Assembly (NCBI GenBank): GCA_024704765.1
Contig: JAKMXF010000327.1
Span: 282,784-346,783, forward strand
Source: Oopsacas minuta
Taxonomy: Eukaryota > Animalia > Porifera
Reading direction: 5' to 3'
Length of the DNA stretch: 64,000 nucleotides
Shown: one piece after another, positions 26,100 through 38,418 of the stretch
How positions within the stretch are numbered: position 1 is the first letter of the stretch
Layout of the letters: each line of letters starts with the position of its first letter
Notes under the pieces: model-generated
Database searches by the model: none
What the model was told of the DNA's origin: nothing
Seen by the model: the letters and a program-made list of their open reading frames with translations, nothing else
Translations under genes and position numbers: made by a program

Positions 26100-27050
26100 A
26101 TGGCTGCTGCTTCACTAACATTTACCCCGATGTTAATGCCAATTATTTTTCCAGATATTGGTGTTGTTCCGTTGAAAAGATTTTACCAAAGCATAGTTAC
26201 TGACCAGGATGCAGTCATCAGATGGTTGCAAGAAAATGGCCTTATGGCAAGGGGAATAGTATGTAAATGCGGAAGATTAATGAAGATAGGGAAATTTTCC
26301 CATGCTGCTGAAGAGCTAGGTTGGAGGTGCATGGAGAAAGCATGTAGAAAGGTAGCGTCACTTAGGGTAGGTCCTTTCTTTGAGTCCTCTAACCAAAAAC
26401 TCATAGAGCTCATTGAGTTTATCTTTCTCTGGTCAAAGGATTATCAGACCACAGAAACTTTTGAAGAAAATTTAGGATGGTCAAGGTCCACGATTACAGG
26501 TTGGAAAAACTATATGCGTGACCTTTGTGTAACAAGGTATTTATCGTACCCCGAGCCTATAGGAGGACCAGGAGAAATTGTGGAAATTGATGAAAGCAAA
26601 TTTGGTAATCATAAATACAGTCGTGGTAGGTTATTATCTGGCCAATGGGTGTTTGGTGGAGTTTGTAGGGGAACTAGTGACATGTTTATGATACCAGTTG
26701 CAGAAAGATCGGCTTCTACGCTTATTCCATTGGTTAACGACTTTATTCGCCCAGGAAGTACGAAGTATCATAATGTCTGACAAATGGGCTTCCTATAATC
26801 AAATACACCCCGGAACATTTCCTCATTATACATTTAATCATAGCGAAAATTTTGTGGACCCAACAACAGGCACGCATACGCAAACCATTGAATCGGCTTA
26901 GGGACATTTAAAAAAAGAAGCAGAAATTCGATGACAACTAATCCGGAACTCCTCGATACTTATCTGGCAGAACATTGCTGGAGGAAGAAAAATTGTTCAA
27001 CAGTTTCAAGAACATCATTTCAGAAATTAGGTCACAGTATCCTGTAGTAT
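26100..27050 (+). pseudogene. Merlin transposase
   Basis: Zinc-binding CKC..WRC...C, GGPGEIVEIDESKFG.HKYSRG, WVFGG, IMSDKWASY and VNH-like TFNHSENFVDPTTGTHTQTIES. One frameshift near 26760 and a stop near 26900. Confidence 0.93.
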
Positions 27051-27129
27051 AGTATCTCAATTTAGATATTATTATAATGCATGTAATTCCTTGTTTACTG
27101 TGTAGATTTGTTATAAATTCTTATGTGTA

Positions 27130-28440
27130 CAGGGTGACAAATAAGTTCTGTCCCATATGTTTGATGTAGTGTAGTTCCTTATTAAAGAACCAGATTAAAC
27201 AGTTATAGTGTAAGATAAGTAACAATGTATATATTTAAAGTATTCAATGGTAATCTGTACATTCTGAACAAGCTAAAAGATTCTAGGCAAAATGGAGAAG
27301 AATAGGGTGGCTATTGTTAAATTATATTTGCAAGGGAAAAGCCAAAGCGAAATATTGAAGATTCTCAATTTCCCCATGTCGCGCAGGAAATTGATATATC
27401 GTACTATTAAAAGATATAAGGACACTGGTAGTACCTCAGACAGGCAGAGAAGTGGACGTCAAACATCTGCGACCACTACCCAGAAGAGAAAGGTTATCCG
27501 TAGTCGGATTCAGCGGAATCCACAACGTTCGATGCGAAAAATGGCGCTAGAACTCAAAATATCAAGAGAATCGGTCCGAACAATTGTGAAGAGCGATATG
27601 GGCCTATTTCCTTACAAAAAGAGGAAGGTTCACTTTATTTCGCCACAGATTAAAGAAAAGAGACTAGCCAGGAGCAAGGCCTTACTCGCCCGGCTCGCAA
27701 GTTTTGGCCTTGATGAAATTTTATTCTCGGATGAGAAATCATTCAGGGTCGAGCAGGCGTACAATCGTCAAAACGATCGAGTATTGTCTCTTCTCCATCT
27801 TCTATACCACAAGAGTATCGATGCGTCCAAAGAGTTCAGCATCCTCAGTCAGTGATGGTTTGGGCGGGGGTGTCCGCAAAAGGCCGTACCCCACTGGTTT
27901 TCATCCCACCGGGCGTAAAAATAAAGGCTGTTAAATATCAGGAGCTCGTTTTAGACCCAATAGTGAGAGGCCTTGGTAAGACCATGTTCAATAATCGTCC
28001 ATTTTTATTCCAGCAAGACGGTGCGCCAACCCACACAGCGAAAGTCAACCAACAGTGGTTACGAAACAATATCCCAGACTTCATCTCCAAGGAGGAATGG
28101 CCTCCTTCCAGCCCAGATCTCAACCCGATGGACTTCTCGTTGTGGTCGATATTGGAGACAAATGCGTGCACTACTTCCCATAAGAGTATCAAGTCTCTAA
28201 AAACGTCTTTACCCCGAGAATGGGCAAAAATCCCGCAGGAAAAGTTGCGTGCCGCTGTCGAGTCCGTCCCCAAGCGGCTAAGAGCTGTCATCAAAAAGAA
28301 AGGGGGCTATATCGAACAAGTGAATATATTATGAATCTATATTTAGTTTGCTAAGTTATAGCATAATTTCAAGTCAATATCTTAGTTCATAGCTTAGTTA
28401 TAATAAATTTTCAATGGGACAGAACTTATTTGTCACCCTG
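27130..28440 (+). mobile_element. maT (DD37D) Tc1/mariner element nested in Merlin
   Basis: TIR CAGGGTGACAAATAAGTTCTGTCCCAT with TA TSD. Transposase 27292-28334 has one frameshift; the QD...NPMD spacing counts as 37. Confidence 0.96.
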
Positions 28441-29869
28441 TATATATTGTATGTAACTAGCTACAGAAGTATATTTCTGTGGTTTCGCATTCCTTTTGTT
28501 ACATTGTTACAGTCGTAGTTAAGCTGAGCTCAAAATCTCGTACTCGTTAACCTCAATATGCAATATGCACATCCAATTGTATTGCATAGTCTAATGCAAG
28601 CAATTCTATTAGTATTATTTGGGTCAATTCGATAATACAATTTTCTCCATAGGATTTGGCTTAGTAGCCAAAAATGTTCCAACTTTGTCAGTATTCATCC
28701 GATTTTGAATTTCTTTCGGTTAATATTCTTCTCTGAACATACTCTATTCAAATCTATTAGCAGTGATTTGATATCTCTTACCAATAAAAAGAGGTACATT
28801 AGTGTAATTGTACCCTATTTTGGACCATCCCAGAAAGAAGCATCCACTGAAATCTTTTCACAAGAAGAGCTAACTATTCCAATACTTGATCAATATGTAC
28901 ATCTTCTTGATGATAAACAGAGGGCTTGGCGTTTGCAAGATTGTTCTATGGTATTAATACTAGATTCTGAAGTAATCAATGACATGACACCTATATGTAA
29001 CTACAGTGACCCTGGCTAATCCGAACCTCGCCAATCAGAACAGTGCCTAAATGGTATGAAACCTGTATAAAAAAATTATCAATATAAATAAGTATTGTTG
29101 ATTCAACTGTGGACAAATCCATAATACAATATTACACATTGTGGCAATATTCCCGATAAATCCATTGGTTTGATGGCTATAGTCACCAAAAATATCGAGT
29201 ATTTTAGCTTAGTTATGCAAGGTGGTGGCTAAGTTAGCTAAGATGTAATTTGAATTTCGCGAGCGCAGGTTGGCAGCCTTTTAACCGTTTGCACACAACA
29301 TTCGATTAATATCCGCCCAGATTCTATAGTATTTCAATTCCGAACAAAATCAGAATTGGAAAGAATAATTTTGGAATTAGAATATACCTGTTCAGATTAG
29401 CGAGGATGTAATGTATTTTGTATGCAACCGGTGTAAATTGTTTACGAAAAAATTATCAACGCAAAAGAGCGTATGGATTATGTAATACAATGTTTGATGA
29501 GTAAGAAATTGCTATTTACTGACCTCGGTGACGTCTGGGAATTTATTTTCAAATTTAAATTCTGACCTGTTTTTATCCCTATTACTTTGGCTACAAATCT
29601 CCGAATGTGAACTAGGTTCAATATCTGGCTTGTGAGTATTTATAATACCGCTATTCTATATTTTTGCGACAATTTCTCAAAACATTACGAACGTCTAAAA
29701 AAACATTTCTAAGATATGTCCGCTTATCTGTGGAGATCGGACGTCTGTAGAACATATCCCTCTCGATTTTTCGATTTGTCACAAATGACCAAAACGGTTA
29801 CTATATCCCATTTTCTCAGTATTATTCATGTGCATTATTGTCGAAAAGTGTGCTATGATGGTTATACTA

Positions 29870-31203
29870 CAGTACCGGTCAAAAAGAATTGCTCAAAATG
29901 AATGTATACAGTATAGTAAATGCCAAATTGTATACACTGACCAGATAGTTGAATTCTTGCGAAACCATATTCAGCCATATGTATTTGACACGTAACACAC
30001 CAACACAGCTAATCCACTCATTATATTTGCACAAGTTACCGATTTTATTTTGTTTTCATTTTATCCAATTTATTCGTTTTTATCGAATTTTCAATGCCTT
30101 CAAAAGCTCGAATTTCCATTTAAAATCGAGCCAACCTGATACTACTTTCAGAAAGTGGTCATACTCAGAGGGAGGTAGTTAAAATGGTTGGGTGTATCCG
30201 AGATCCTTAAGAAACACAGGCTAACTGGCTGGTAAGAGACCTCGCTATTCCGGGTAAGCCTCGTGTCACAACCAAAGGCATGACAATTTATTGGTCAGAA
30301 AATGCAAAAAGGATCGATTTAAGACTGCTACTCAGATCAAAGCTGAAGTATTATCAAAATATTCGATAAAACTTTCCACTTCAACAGTCTAGAGAAGTTT
30401 ATGAGGGGCTCGACTGTTCGGACAGAAACCGCGAAGGAAGCCCCACCTTACTACCAAGCACAAAAGAGACCGACTTTCCTTCGCAAGATCGCACAAGAAT
30501 TGGAATACTGAAGAATGGGCAAGAGTTATGTTCAGTAACGAGTCTAGGTTCCTTCTGTATACTAATGACGAGAGAGCCTACGTCAGGAGGATGAAAGGGG
30601 AGGGTTCTCAGAGAGGTGTCATCAAAAAACTTGCAAGTATGGTGGGGGTGGCATACTGGTTTGGGGATGCTTTTGATGGAGTGGCGTAGGACTCTTGTGG
30701 AAAGTATCTGGGAACCTCAAGACAAATTCCTACGTTGATATATTGGAAAATGCACTAACCCCAAGCGTTGATTTGCATTCTCTACATTCTGGATGGACCT
30801 GTCAGCAAGACAACGCCCCATGCCATAGGTCAAAGGCTACTAAGCAATGGTTTGCTGAGCAAAAATAGAGGTTGTGAATTGGCCTGCTCAGTCACCTGAT
30901 CTAAATCCGATTGAAAATCTTGGGATCACATTTCCCTCAGAATTCAAGAGAAAAGCCCATCCAACCACTCAGAGTTGTGGAATGCCATATTAAGCACTTG
31001 GGATAACATCGACATTAACAGGCTTCATACTCTAATTGACAGTATACCGCAAAGATGCAAAGCCGTATTTCAAGCAAGAGGAGGTTCTACTAAATACTAA
31101 CGACACTTTACTTGATTTTAATAAAGCATTATTGTTAAAATCAGCCATAGAGATAAGAATTTGGGGTAAATTTATTCTGAGCAATTCTTTTTGACCTGCA
31201 CTG
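29870..31203 (+). mobile_element. Tc1 (DD34E) element, degenerate
   Basis: TIR CAGT(A/G)C(C/A)GGTCAAAAAGAATTGCTCA with TA TSD. QQDNAPCH...WPAQSPDLNPIE with 34-residue spacing after one frameshift correction. Confidence 0.93.
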
Positions 31204-31534
31204 TATATATATCCAATAGTCACACATAATCAAGGGTCTTTAAACTATACGTTATCAAATAGCAGACTAGAGACCATGACATGAATTTATTATCAGCTTT
31301 CATAATATCCTCACTATTGAACCACAAGCGTTAAAAATTAGAAAATGTCAGTAATTACGTCATAACTAGGTTTATAGTTGTGCTACTAAAAGTGCTACTC
31401 GTGCCATTAATATTTTTGAAATCTACAGTGTCGATTTAGTATAGGTAAGTATAATTGTGATGATACTACAGATTCATTTATATATATCTCCAATTATGGC
31501 CATTTTGCCACACTGTGTTTTGTATTCTTCAGCA

Positions 31535-31805
31535 ATGCAGTGAATATCTGCTGACATATGGAACTGCTCGACAACTCTAACCATATTTCAATATCATAAT
31601 TCCTGTGAAGCGATATTTGAAATTGACTTGCAAGTCTTTGTGTAGTTCAGGATTACAATTCCTATGAGCTGACGTTTGAAATTGAGTGAAATCTTTGTGT
31701 ATAGTTTAGTATTGCAGTGAATACTCGCAGACATTTGAAATTGACTGAAAACTCTTTCTATACATCAATATTCCATTGAATTTTGGCTAACATTTGAAAT
31801 TGGAA
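31535..31805. repeat. ~58-bp satellite array segment
   Basis: Diverged units of tagttcagtatcacaattcctgtgaagcgacatttgaaattgagtgaaaaatctttgta. Confidence 0.8.
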
Positions 31806-31976
31806 ATGCTATTTCCCTTGCAGAATTTTGTTGCTCCTTAGTTAATTGCAATACATAAATAATCGTTTGCTACACTTCACTTTTAATAATTCTTCCTAAC
31901 AATGAATAATTGATTATTACTTTTGGTCCTTAGATATCATATGGTTGCTCTGGAACTGTAATGTCAATCTGCCAAG

Positions 31977-33100
31977 CTAAATGTTAACATAGAGAGGATA
32001 CATATATTTAGTAAGTTCATGATCATTCGGTGTGACATCGGTCAATATGTAGAAGATACAGTTGATTTGTCCCAACTGTATCGACCTGTCAGCTTCCTTT
32101 TGTGTCAGCTCTGGATTTTCTAATCCATTATCTATATACCAGCAGCCCTGTATCTTTGTCCTCATGAAAAAATGTCAGCCAGCATGGCTAGTATAACCGA
32201 ATAGACTATACTGTAGTATTGTATTCATGTGATTGATGCTTAGATTATCCTAAATTTTATTGTGACGCATGGTATTCTCTGATTGAATATGACCAACTTC
32301 GAGGATTATAATTGGTGGAATTTTTAGAAATTGTGTAGAAGATTTCTCAATATTAGCATGTGTATCCCTGCACTTGAGGCACTGGTAACTTCAGTTAATC
32401 TAATGATCAATTTATGGTTTGACAATTTTGCTGAAACGTATATATAGAGAACAGATTAAGACGTTTTTCTGTTATGCAACAACAGCTCCAACACTGGAAT
32501 TCAACGCATATAGATTAGGAGACAAATGAATATGATCCAATAATCTAACCACATTTCCTTCGAATCCCATAAAGTCGTATTAAGAATCGATAAGTTGTAA
32601 ACCAAGCTTGATAGCGAACCAGTATATTAGCTTGCTGAAGTTTTTTGTATTCACCATCTGATAAACCATTTCAATTTTCGGTGAGATCCTAGAAGTTAAC
32701 TTGACTGATCACAGGAGCTTTTGAAATGCAGACTGATCAATGTGATAAAATTATCAACTGGACAAGTGTTCATAAATCTAATTCAATTGTATTCCCCTCC
32801 CCAAGCAGCACAACACTCTTCCAGGGATCCTGAAGTATAATCAATTCCTTGCATCCTTGCATCTAGGGTTTCATATTGACAAGATTTACTCAAAGTTGTT
32901 GGATTACAGGTAACAGGATTTTAGTAGTGTAATCGGTACTTTTTCTCTCCCAGATGATGAAAAATCGAACTCTTCTTTGGTATATTGGTAAAAAGGTATC
33001 TTTATATCATGACTTTCCAGATACCACTTGTTCAAAATTTCAGAAACTTCTAAATTAATGTCATAATCAGTGATAGCAGTTTCTCCTTCGTAGGTAGAAG
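31977..33100 (-). pseudogene. USP/peptidase C19-like cysteine-protease domain downstream of the integrase
   Basis: AWGG...FMNTCPVDNF (Cys at ~32764), FQCWSC...YQCLKC, QFLKIPPIIILEV, YSLFGYTSHAG*HFF and GCWYIDNG, in USP order. Stops and frameshifts present. Confidence 0.62.
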
Positions 33101-33107
33101 AATAGTG

Positions 33108-34681
33108 TCACATTCTCCAATCGAATAATTCATTGTTGGGCATATGACACCTCTTGAGGAGATCATTATGCAATGGAGAGAGTGGAGTATGTTTTTGAAT
33201 TGATTTAATTACGTCTTCCTTCATCACCAAGGGTCGATGAATAACCTCTTGTCGCTGTGTGTTATTCTCTTGTTCCTGTGATGTAGGTCCAACTATTCCT
33301 GATACTTCAGACGCTATGGATGTGGGCGAGTCATCCTTCTTGGACGATAAGACGCTATTTTCGAGCACTTTTCTGATACTTTTGCTTGGGGATGTGTTAT
33401 CATAATTAGGGGCACATCTCCAGAGTTTAGCCTTAGCTTTCTTCACACGGATTAAAGTTTTGTCTTTGCCAACTTGCACTGTACGTCTAGAAATTTCCTT
33501 GATTGGATATAGGCCAATCCATCTATCCTGTAACTTTCCTCTTTTGCTTTTCTTTCTGTACATGTTCTTTATCAGTACATCGTCATCGACTGCAAATTGT
33601 GTAGTGATAGGATTAACCTTTTTGTCGTATTGTCCTTTCATTCTTTTCTTCGAATTTAAAAGGTTTTCACCAGCATGCGAGAATGATTCTTGTTGATGCC
33701 TTTTCATTGCTTGTACTAGATCATCAGGATCGTTATTGTTGTAATTTTCATCTGTGTTCCCAAAATTGACATCAGGATGGAGAAAAGATAGACTTTCAGC
33801 TTCAATTGGAAGGCGTGGTTTCCGGCAGCCATGCACTAATTCAAAAGCTGAGTATTGAGTTGTTCCCCGCGGACGATTATTTATAGAATATATGACCTCT
33901 TCCAAATAATATGACCAATCATCCCGCTTATCAGTCATTAATCTTATTAAAGAACCTTTTATAGCTTTGTGGGTAGATTCGACTAGACCATTCGTTTGAG
34001 GTGGTATGGAGCAGAAAATATTAACTTACAACCGTGTATTTCTTGGAGGGCTTTGGAAATATAGTTCGTAAATTCTGTTCCGTCATCACTTATCATTTGG
34101 ACTGGGGCAGCTTGTCGACAATATATCGAAAATATACCTGTAGCTACATCTATCGCGTTTTTGGATTTTAGGGGACGGGTTTCGATCCATTTAGTGAAAT
34201 GGTCTATAAAAGTCAGTATATATAAGTATCCTTGTGATTCGATCAGTGGTCCAGTTAATTCCATACCAGCTCTAAACAATACCTTTGTTATCACTGGAGG
34301 GGTTGCAAAGGCATAGTCGGTGCTTTTAAACTAGGTTGGTTCTTTTGACACGATGCACAATTCTTTACATATGCATATATACCTGAATACATTTTCGGGC
34401 AAAAATATCCCTCACTTGCAATGCTATATGAATATCTTGAACACTGGTGGCCTACCTTGTCATGAAATTTCTTCTAAAATATTATGTACTTGATTAGTTC
34501 AAACGATAAGCAAAAAAGTACTTCCAGATAGTTTAACCAACTGATCTGATTTTGTGGAGAAACTAGAGGATATCTTCCGTAATACCCTTTTTGCATTCTT
34601 GTTTGAGCCCAAGGGGTACGACTCGAACATGAGAAAAGTTTCTATTGCATCGTATTCAATTGGATCCATCAGGTTTGCCAA
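33108..34681 (-). pseudogene. Gypsy-like/Ginger integrase (HHCC, D,D35E, GPY/F)
   Basis: FHDKVGH...CASC, GMELTGP..IDHFTKW, ISDDGTEF...YHPQTNGLVE (35 spacing) and WIGLYPI. Frameshifted. Confidence 0.92.
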
Positions 34682-34774
34682 TGGTATAATTTCGATTACA
34701 AGAATTTGGCGGTTCTATCTATAATATGAGGAAAACTTTAATGAGTAACTAGTAGTTGACGCGGCATTATAATT

Positions 34775-35162
34775 GAATGAAAACCTTAGAATGGTTCAGA
34801 ATTGCATGATGTATGAACGCACATTTGATATTGACTGGCAACTCTGGGTATAGTTCGTCATCAGAATTCCTGTGAAGCGACATTTCAAATGAGTGAAAAA
34901 TCTTTCAAGAGTCCAGCATCACAGTGAATATCTGCTGACAGAAGATACTGAGTAAAAACATTTGCATAGTTCACTATCACAATTCATGTGAAGTGGAATT
35001 TGCAGTGAATATCCTTTGTATAGTTCGGTATCAAGGTGAATATCTTCAAAGAGTTTATATTGAGTTCAAACCTTTGTATAGCTAACTATCACAATTCCTG
35101 TGTGGGAAATTGGAAAGTGACTGAAAACATTTGTATGGTTCTCTACTGCATTATGTTTGAGC
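34775..35162. repeat. ~58-bp satellite, one ~344-bp hexameric higher-order unit
   Basis: The same monomer type (tggttc..ttgcat..tgtatga) starts at 34792 and 35136. Confidence 0.85.
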
Positions 35163-35180
35163 ATATATTTAAAATGAGCA

Positions 35181-35190
35181 GCGCATGCGC
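35181..35190. promoter_or_regulatory. NRF1-type palindrome GCGCATGCGC in the left inverted end
   Basis: Perfect palindrome gcagcgcatgcgctgc, 225 bp upstream of the ATG at 35415. Confidence 0.6.
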
Positions 35191-35414
35191 TGCATTAATA
35201 TATAATTGGAATTTTGGAAAATAGTAGACTCTCAAATTACATCCTATTATAGTGTAATTAAATCCCCAGGTACTAATATTTATTTTTGAGTTTTGTCACT
35301 TATTTCTACTTTCTTTGTTAGCAAAATCCCTAAATATGTTTCTCAATTAACTTTATACTCAACTCAATGAATGTTTCCTCTTGATTTCCCATTCTGTACC
35401 CTTGATTAGCCAAA

Positions 35415-36745
35415 ATGCCAAAGATACCCAAATTAACAAAGACTAATTTAATAATGGTACTAACAGACATATTGGCTGAGTTTCGTTCAGTTACAGGTGA
35501 GTATGCCCGAGCTGTATTTTCATGGCATGGAAAGCTTGACTCTTTGGGTCCAGAAAAATTTCGAACCTATATCACTGGGAATAGCGATGAAATATCAAGA
35601 ACTCTAATGACTACCAAATATCTACAAGTACGTTAGCAACATCAAATCCTGTGCGTGATCACGAAATCCTCAAGCTATTAGATAGGGATATATCTGGTTA
35701 TAATGTACAGGGACTGCGAAGACTTGTTTCTCGATTATAAAGTGTCAACTGGTAAGTCAACGGTGTGAATACATATAATTATATGGGTCACTGAGTATAT
35801 ATCTCTGTATTTTAGGGAAAAGGTATGTTTTGGGAATGATCCTTCTCTCAAACCGCCTTTTTGGCCCGAAAGAGTCCCTTTCGAAATCATAAAAGCGCAT
35901 GTAAGATTCATCTGCGTATGATAATACAGTCATATAAGGATTACTCTATGAAAGCGCGAGTTTCAGTTTACCCTGAATCTCAGAAGTCTCCAAGCTCTTC
36001 TCAAGCATAGCGACATGATATCTACCGTGACCGATCTAGATCTCTTCTTGATTTCGCTGGAGATGTAATACACCAAGAATCTGATATAGATACTAGTGAT
36101 GATTCCTTCGATGAGCTTTTTCAGCAACCCGTTATCGCTTCGAACACACCTAATTCAGATCCTCAAACACCTCCCCAACATCCAGTCTGGTGACATTACT
36201 CGGAGTTAAGCAACTGGATCCTATTCAAATAATCACTCCTCCTTTTAGTTTAAATGAGAAAAACTTGTCAATTTCAGAATTGTCAAGTCGTAATACCTTT
36301 CTAACAGGCACCACCGTTAATGCATTCTGTGTAAGTTTATCATACATTGAAATTCAATCCGTTTTGTTAGGAATGTTCTCATACCATACATGTATTTGTA
36401 GACATTACTGAAGAAGAATTTTCCTCATTTACAGGGACTTCAGGATACTATTCTCTCCGAAGTGAGTTTCTCAGTTAAAATTTTTGAATTGTAAATCAAT
36501 ATTTGATATTCAATTAATGCTTAGAATCGTCAATTCGCCAAAGCTTCTCATCCTAGTATACAGCTGCATCACGATGGCGCACTTCTCTGCGTTTGCTCCA
36601 GTATTGATGTTGAAGGGCATGTAACTTTATATGATTCGCTATCTACTGGGAGTATATCTGGTGAATTACCTGTCCAATTGGCCTTTATATGTGGGAATAA
36701 TGCTGATCATGAGCTGAAAGTCGCCCTTGCTCCTATTCAGCAATC
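35415..36745 (+). pseudogene. NRF1/EWG-like DNA-binding domain fused to a Ulp1(C48)-like protease; spliced, degenerate
   Basis: Exons read LTDILAEFRSVTGEYARAVF...NVQGLRRLVSRL-x-KVSTG|EKVCFGNDPSLKPPFWPERVPF...FTLNLRSLQALLKHSD, paralleling NRF1 LRAFIPEMLKYSTGRGKPGWG..KPIWWPEDIPW...WTQALRTI..CYKQHG. Then FLTGTTVNAFC|TLLKKNFPHLQGLQDTILSE|..IQLHHDGALLCVCSS..VTLYDSL..APIQQ. GT-AG introns; truncated before the catalytic Cys. Confidence 0.75.
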
Positions 36746-36829
36746 TTATATGTAGACCAAATATTTAGTGAAATTCCTTTATAATTGCAAAGACTTGTTT
36801 TCAACGGCTAAATACGTAGGATAACCCAC

Positions 36830-37072
36830 CATACTAAATTATAATTGCAACCTAGCGAATGGTTCATTGATGATAAATATATACCTTTGGAATCTTTGAA
36901 TTCATTACAATCATTTTCTAAATAGAAACTATTCCAACCTTCTCTAGTTTAACCTTCTCCTCTTCATTGAATTTGAAACTATGGTCACATAATTCCTTTT
37001 CAGGATACATATTTAAAGGTAATTGATGCCATGGCAGAGCTGGTAGTTGTAATTTGCTATTTGGCTTTCATC
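36830..37072 (-). pseudogene. KDZ-like transposase fragment 3 (CxC4-like region)
   Basis: LPALPWHQLP...LCDHSFKF...EGWNSFYLE...IYLSSMNHSLGCNY. Ends where it meets the convergent gene. Confidence 0.45.
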
Positions 37073-37074
37073 TA

Positions 37075-38416
37075 CAGGGTGTAACAAAAGTGTTGTCCCC
37101 TTTCTTTTTTGTCATTGATTGAGTATATAAAAACTGAACCTTGACTATTGCATTTGACTTACCCTTTTCTAGCTAATACCATAATAGTTTTTGACTATTT
37201 CTATCGCAGTTTGATCAATATTATTTTTACCTCTTTCTTTTTACTTGGATTTCGTAAAATATTTTTCCCTGTTCGGAATGGATGTCCGCGACCACGGGTT
37301 AGAGGTTCGTTCTCAAGCAGTAGGTATGTTGAGGAGTGGTCTTTCACAGCAAAACGTAGCTCTCGAACTAGACATTTCAGTGAGATCTGTCAAGAGGTGG
37401 TGGAGTGTGTATAAAAAAAGGAATGAGCCTGAAAACCAAGACCCGTTCTGGCAGACCGCCGATTTTGGATCGGGTCAATACAATCATTATCTCCAGAACT
37501 TTGACTAAAAGAAGGCAATCAACTCGCAAGATCGCAAAGAGATTGTATTCAAGTAACGACCCTGTCTCTCACATGACAGTTTATCGCTATTTGACCAATT
37601 CAATTGGTGCATCAGCTTTCAAAGGGCAAAAGACCCCGTCTATCGGTCAAAACATCCAGGACAGACTGAATTTTGCCAAGAAACATCAAAATTGGGGCGT
37701 GGAAGATTGGAAAAAGTTCTTTGGTCTGATGAGTCTCCCTTTGGACTGTATGCAACACTCAATCGGCATAATGATCGTGTTTGGGCTGAAACAACTAAAG
37801 ATGTTCCTCGCTTTTTGTCGGTGAAATTTCCTCAAAAAATTCATGTCTGGGGACTTATGTCGCATCAAGCACTATCTGAGCTCCATATAATTCCACAAGG
37901 ACATACTGCAAACTCGCTATATTACAGGGATGAAATATTAGTCAAGACTTGTAGAGGTGCCATCAACCATGCAGAAATATGGGACTTATTTCAGAGCGGC
38001 CAATGTTGGGAAACATGTCCGATTTCATCTTTATGCAAGATGATGCTCCTGCCCACACGACCAAAATGACTCAGAAGTGGTGCTGAGATAGTCTAAACGG
38101 GTTTTGGGAGAAAGGTGACTGGCCAGGGAATTCACGCGACCTGAACCCAATTGAAAACCTTGGGCTATATTGAAAGAGAGAGTTAATGAGAAGGGTCAGA
38201 TGACAAATCGAAATCAGTTAATTGAAACCGTGAAAATTAGCATGGCAAGCCATTACTCCGATAATTTGGAAACTTTAGTAGCCAGCCTGCCAAACAGAGT
38301 AAAGTTGTTTTGGAAATGGGAGGTGATTATATACACAAATGAAAGTTGACATTGTGTAGTTATTTCTCATAGATGCTTCTGGCAATCGAAGGGGACAACA
38401 CTTTTGTTACACCCTG
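37075..38416 (+). mobile_element. DD37E (TRT/ITmD37E) Tc1-like element
   Basis: TIR CAGGGTGTAACAAAAGTGTTGTCCCC with TA TSD. WSDESPF and QDDAPAH...DLNPIE with 37 spacing; degenerate. Confidence 0.94.
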
Positions 38417-38418
38417 TA

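Larger units (their letters stand above)
25661..28814 (+). mobile_element. Merlin (IS1595/ISXO2-like) transposon with ~345-bp TIRs
   Basis: GGTACAATTACACTAATGTACC... at both ends in inverted orientation. 8-bp TSD CTATTTTG (25653-25660, 28815-28822). Confidence 0.96.
31810..34770 (-). mobile_element. Ginger/GIN-like integrase DNA transposon (termini not resolved), inserted in satellite
   Basis: The integrase ORF starts directly with MANLMDPIEYDAIETFLMFESYP..KNAKRVLRK. No gag, RT or RNase H upstream and no LTRs. Satellite resumes on both sides. Confidence 0.7.

Noticed and set aside
31535-35162. Satellite blocks on either side of the integrase as LTRs or TIRs
   Set aside because: They are different monomers of a dispersed satellite in direct orientation, with no TG...CA ends, PBS or PPT.
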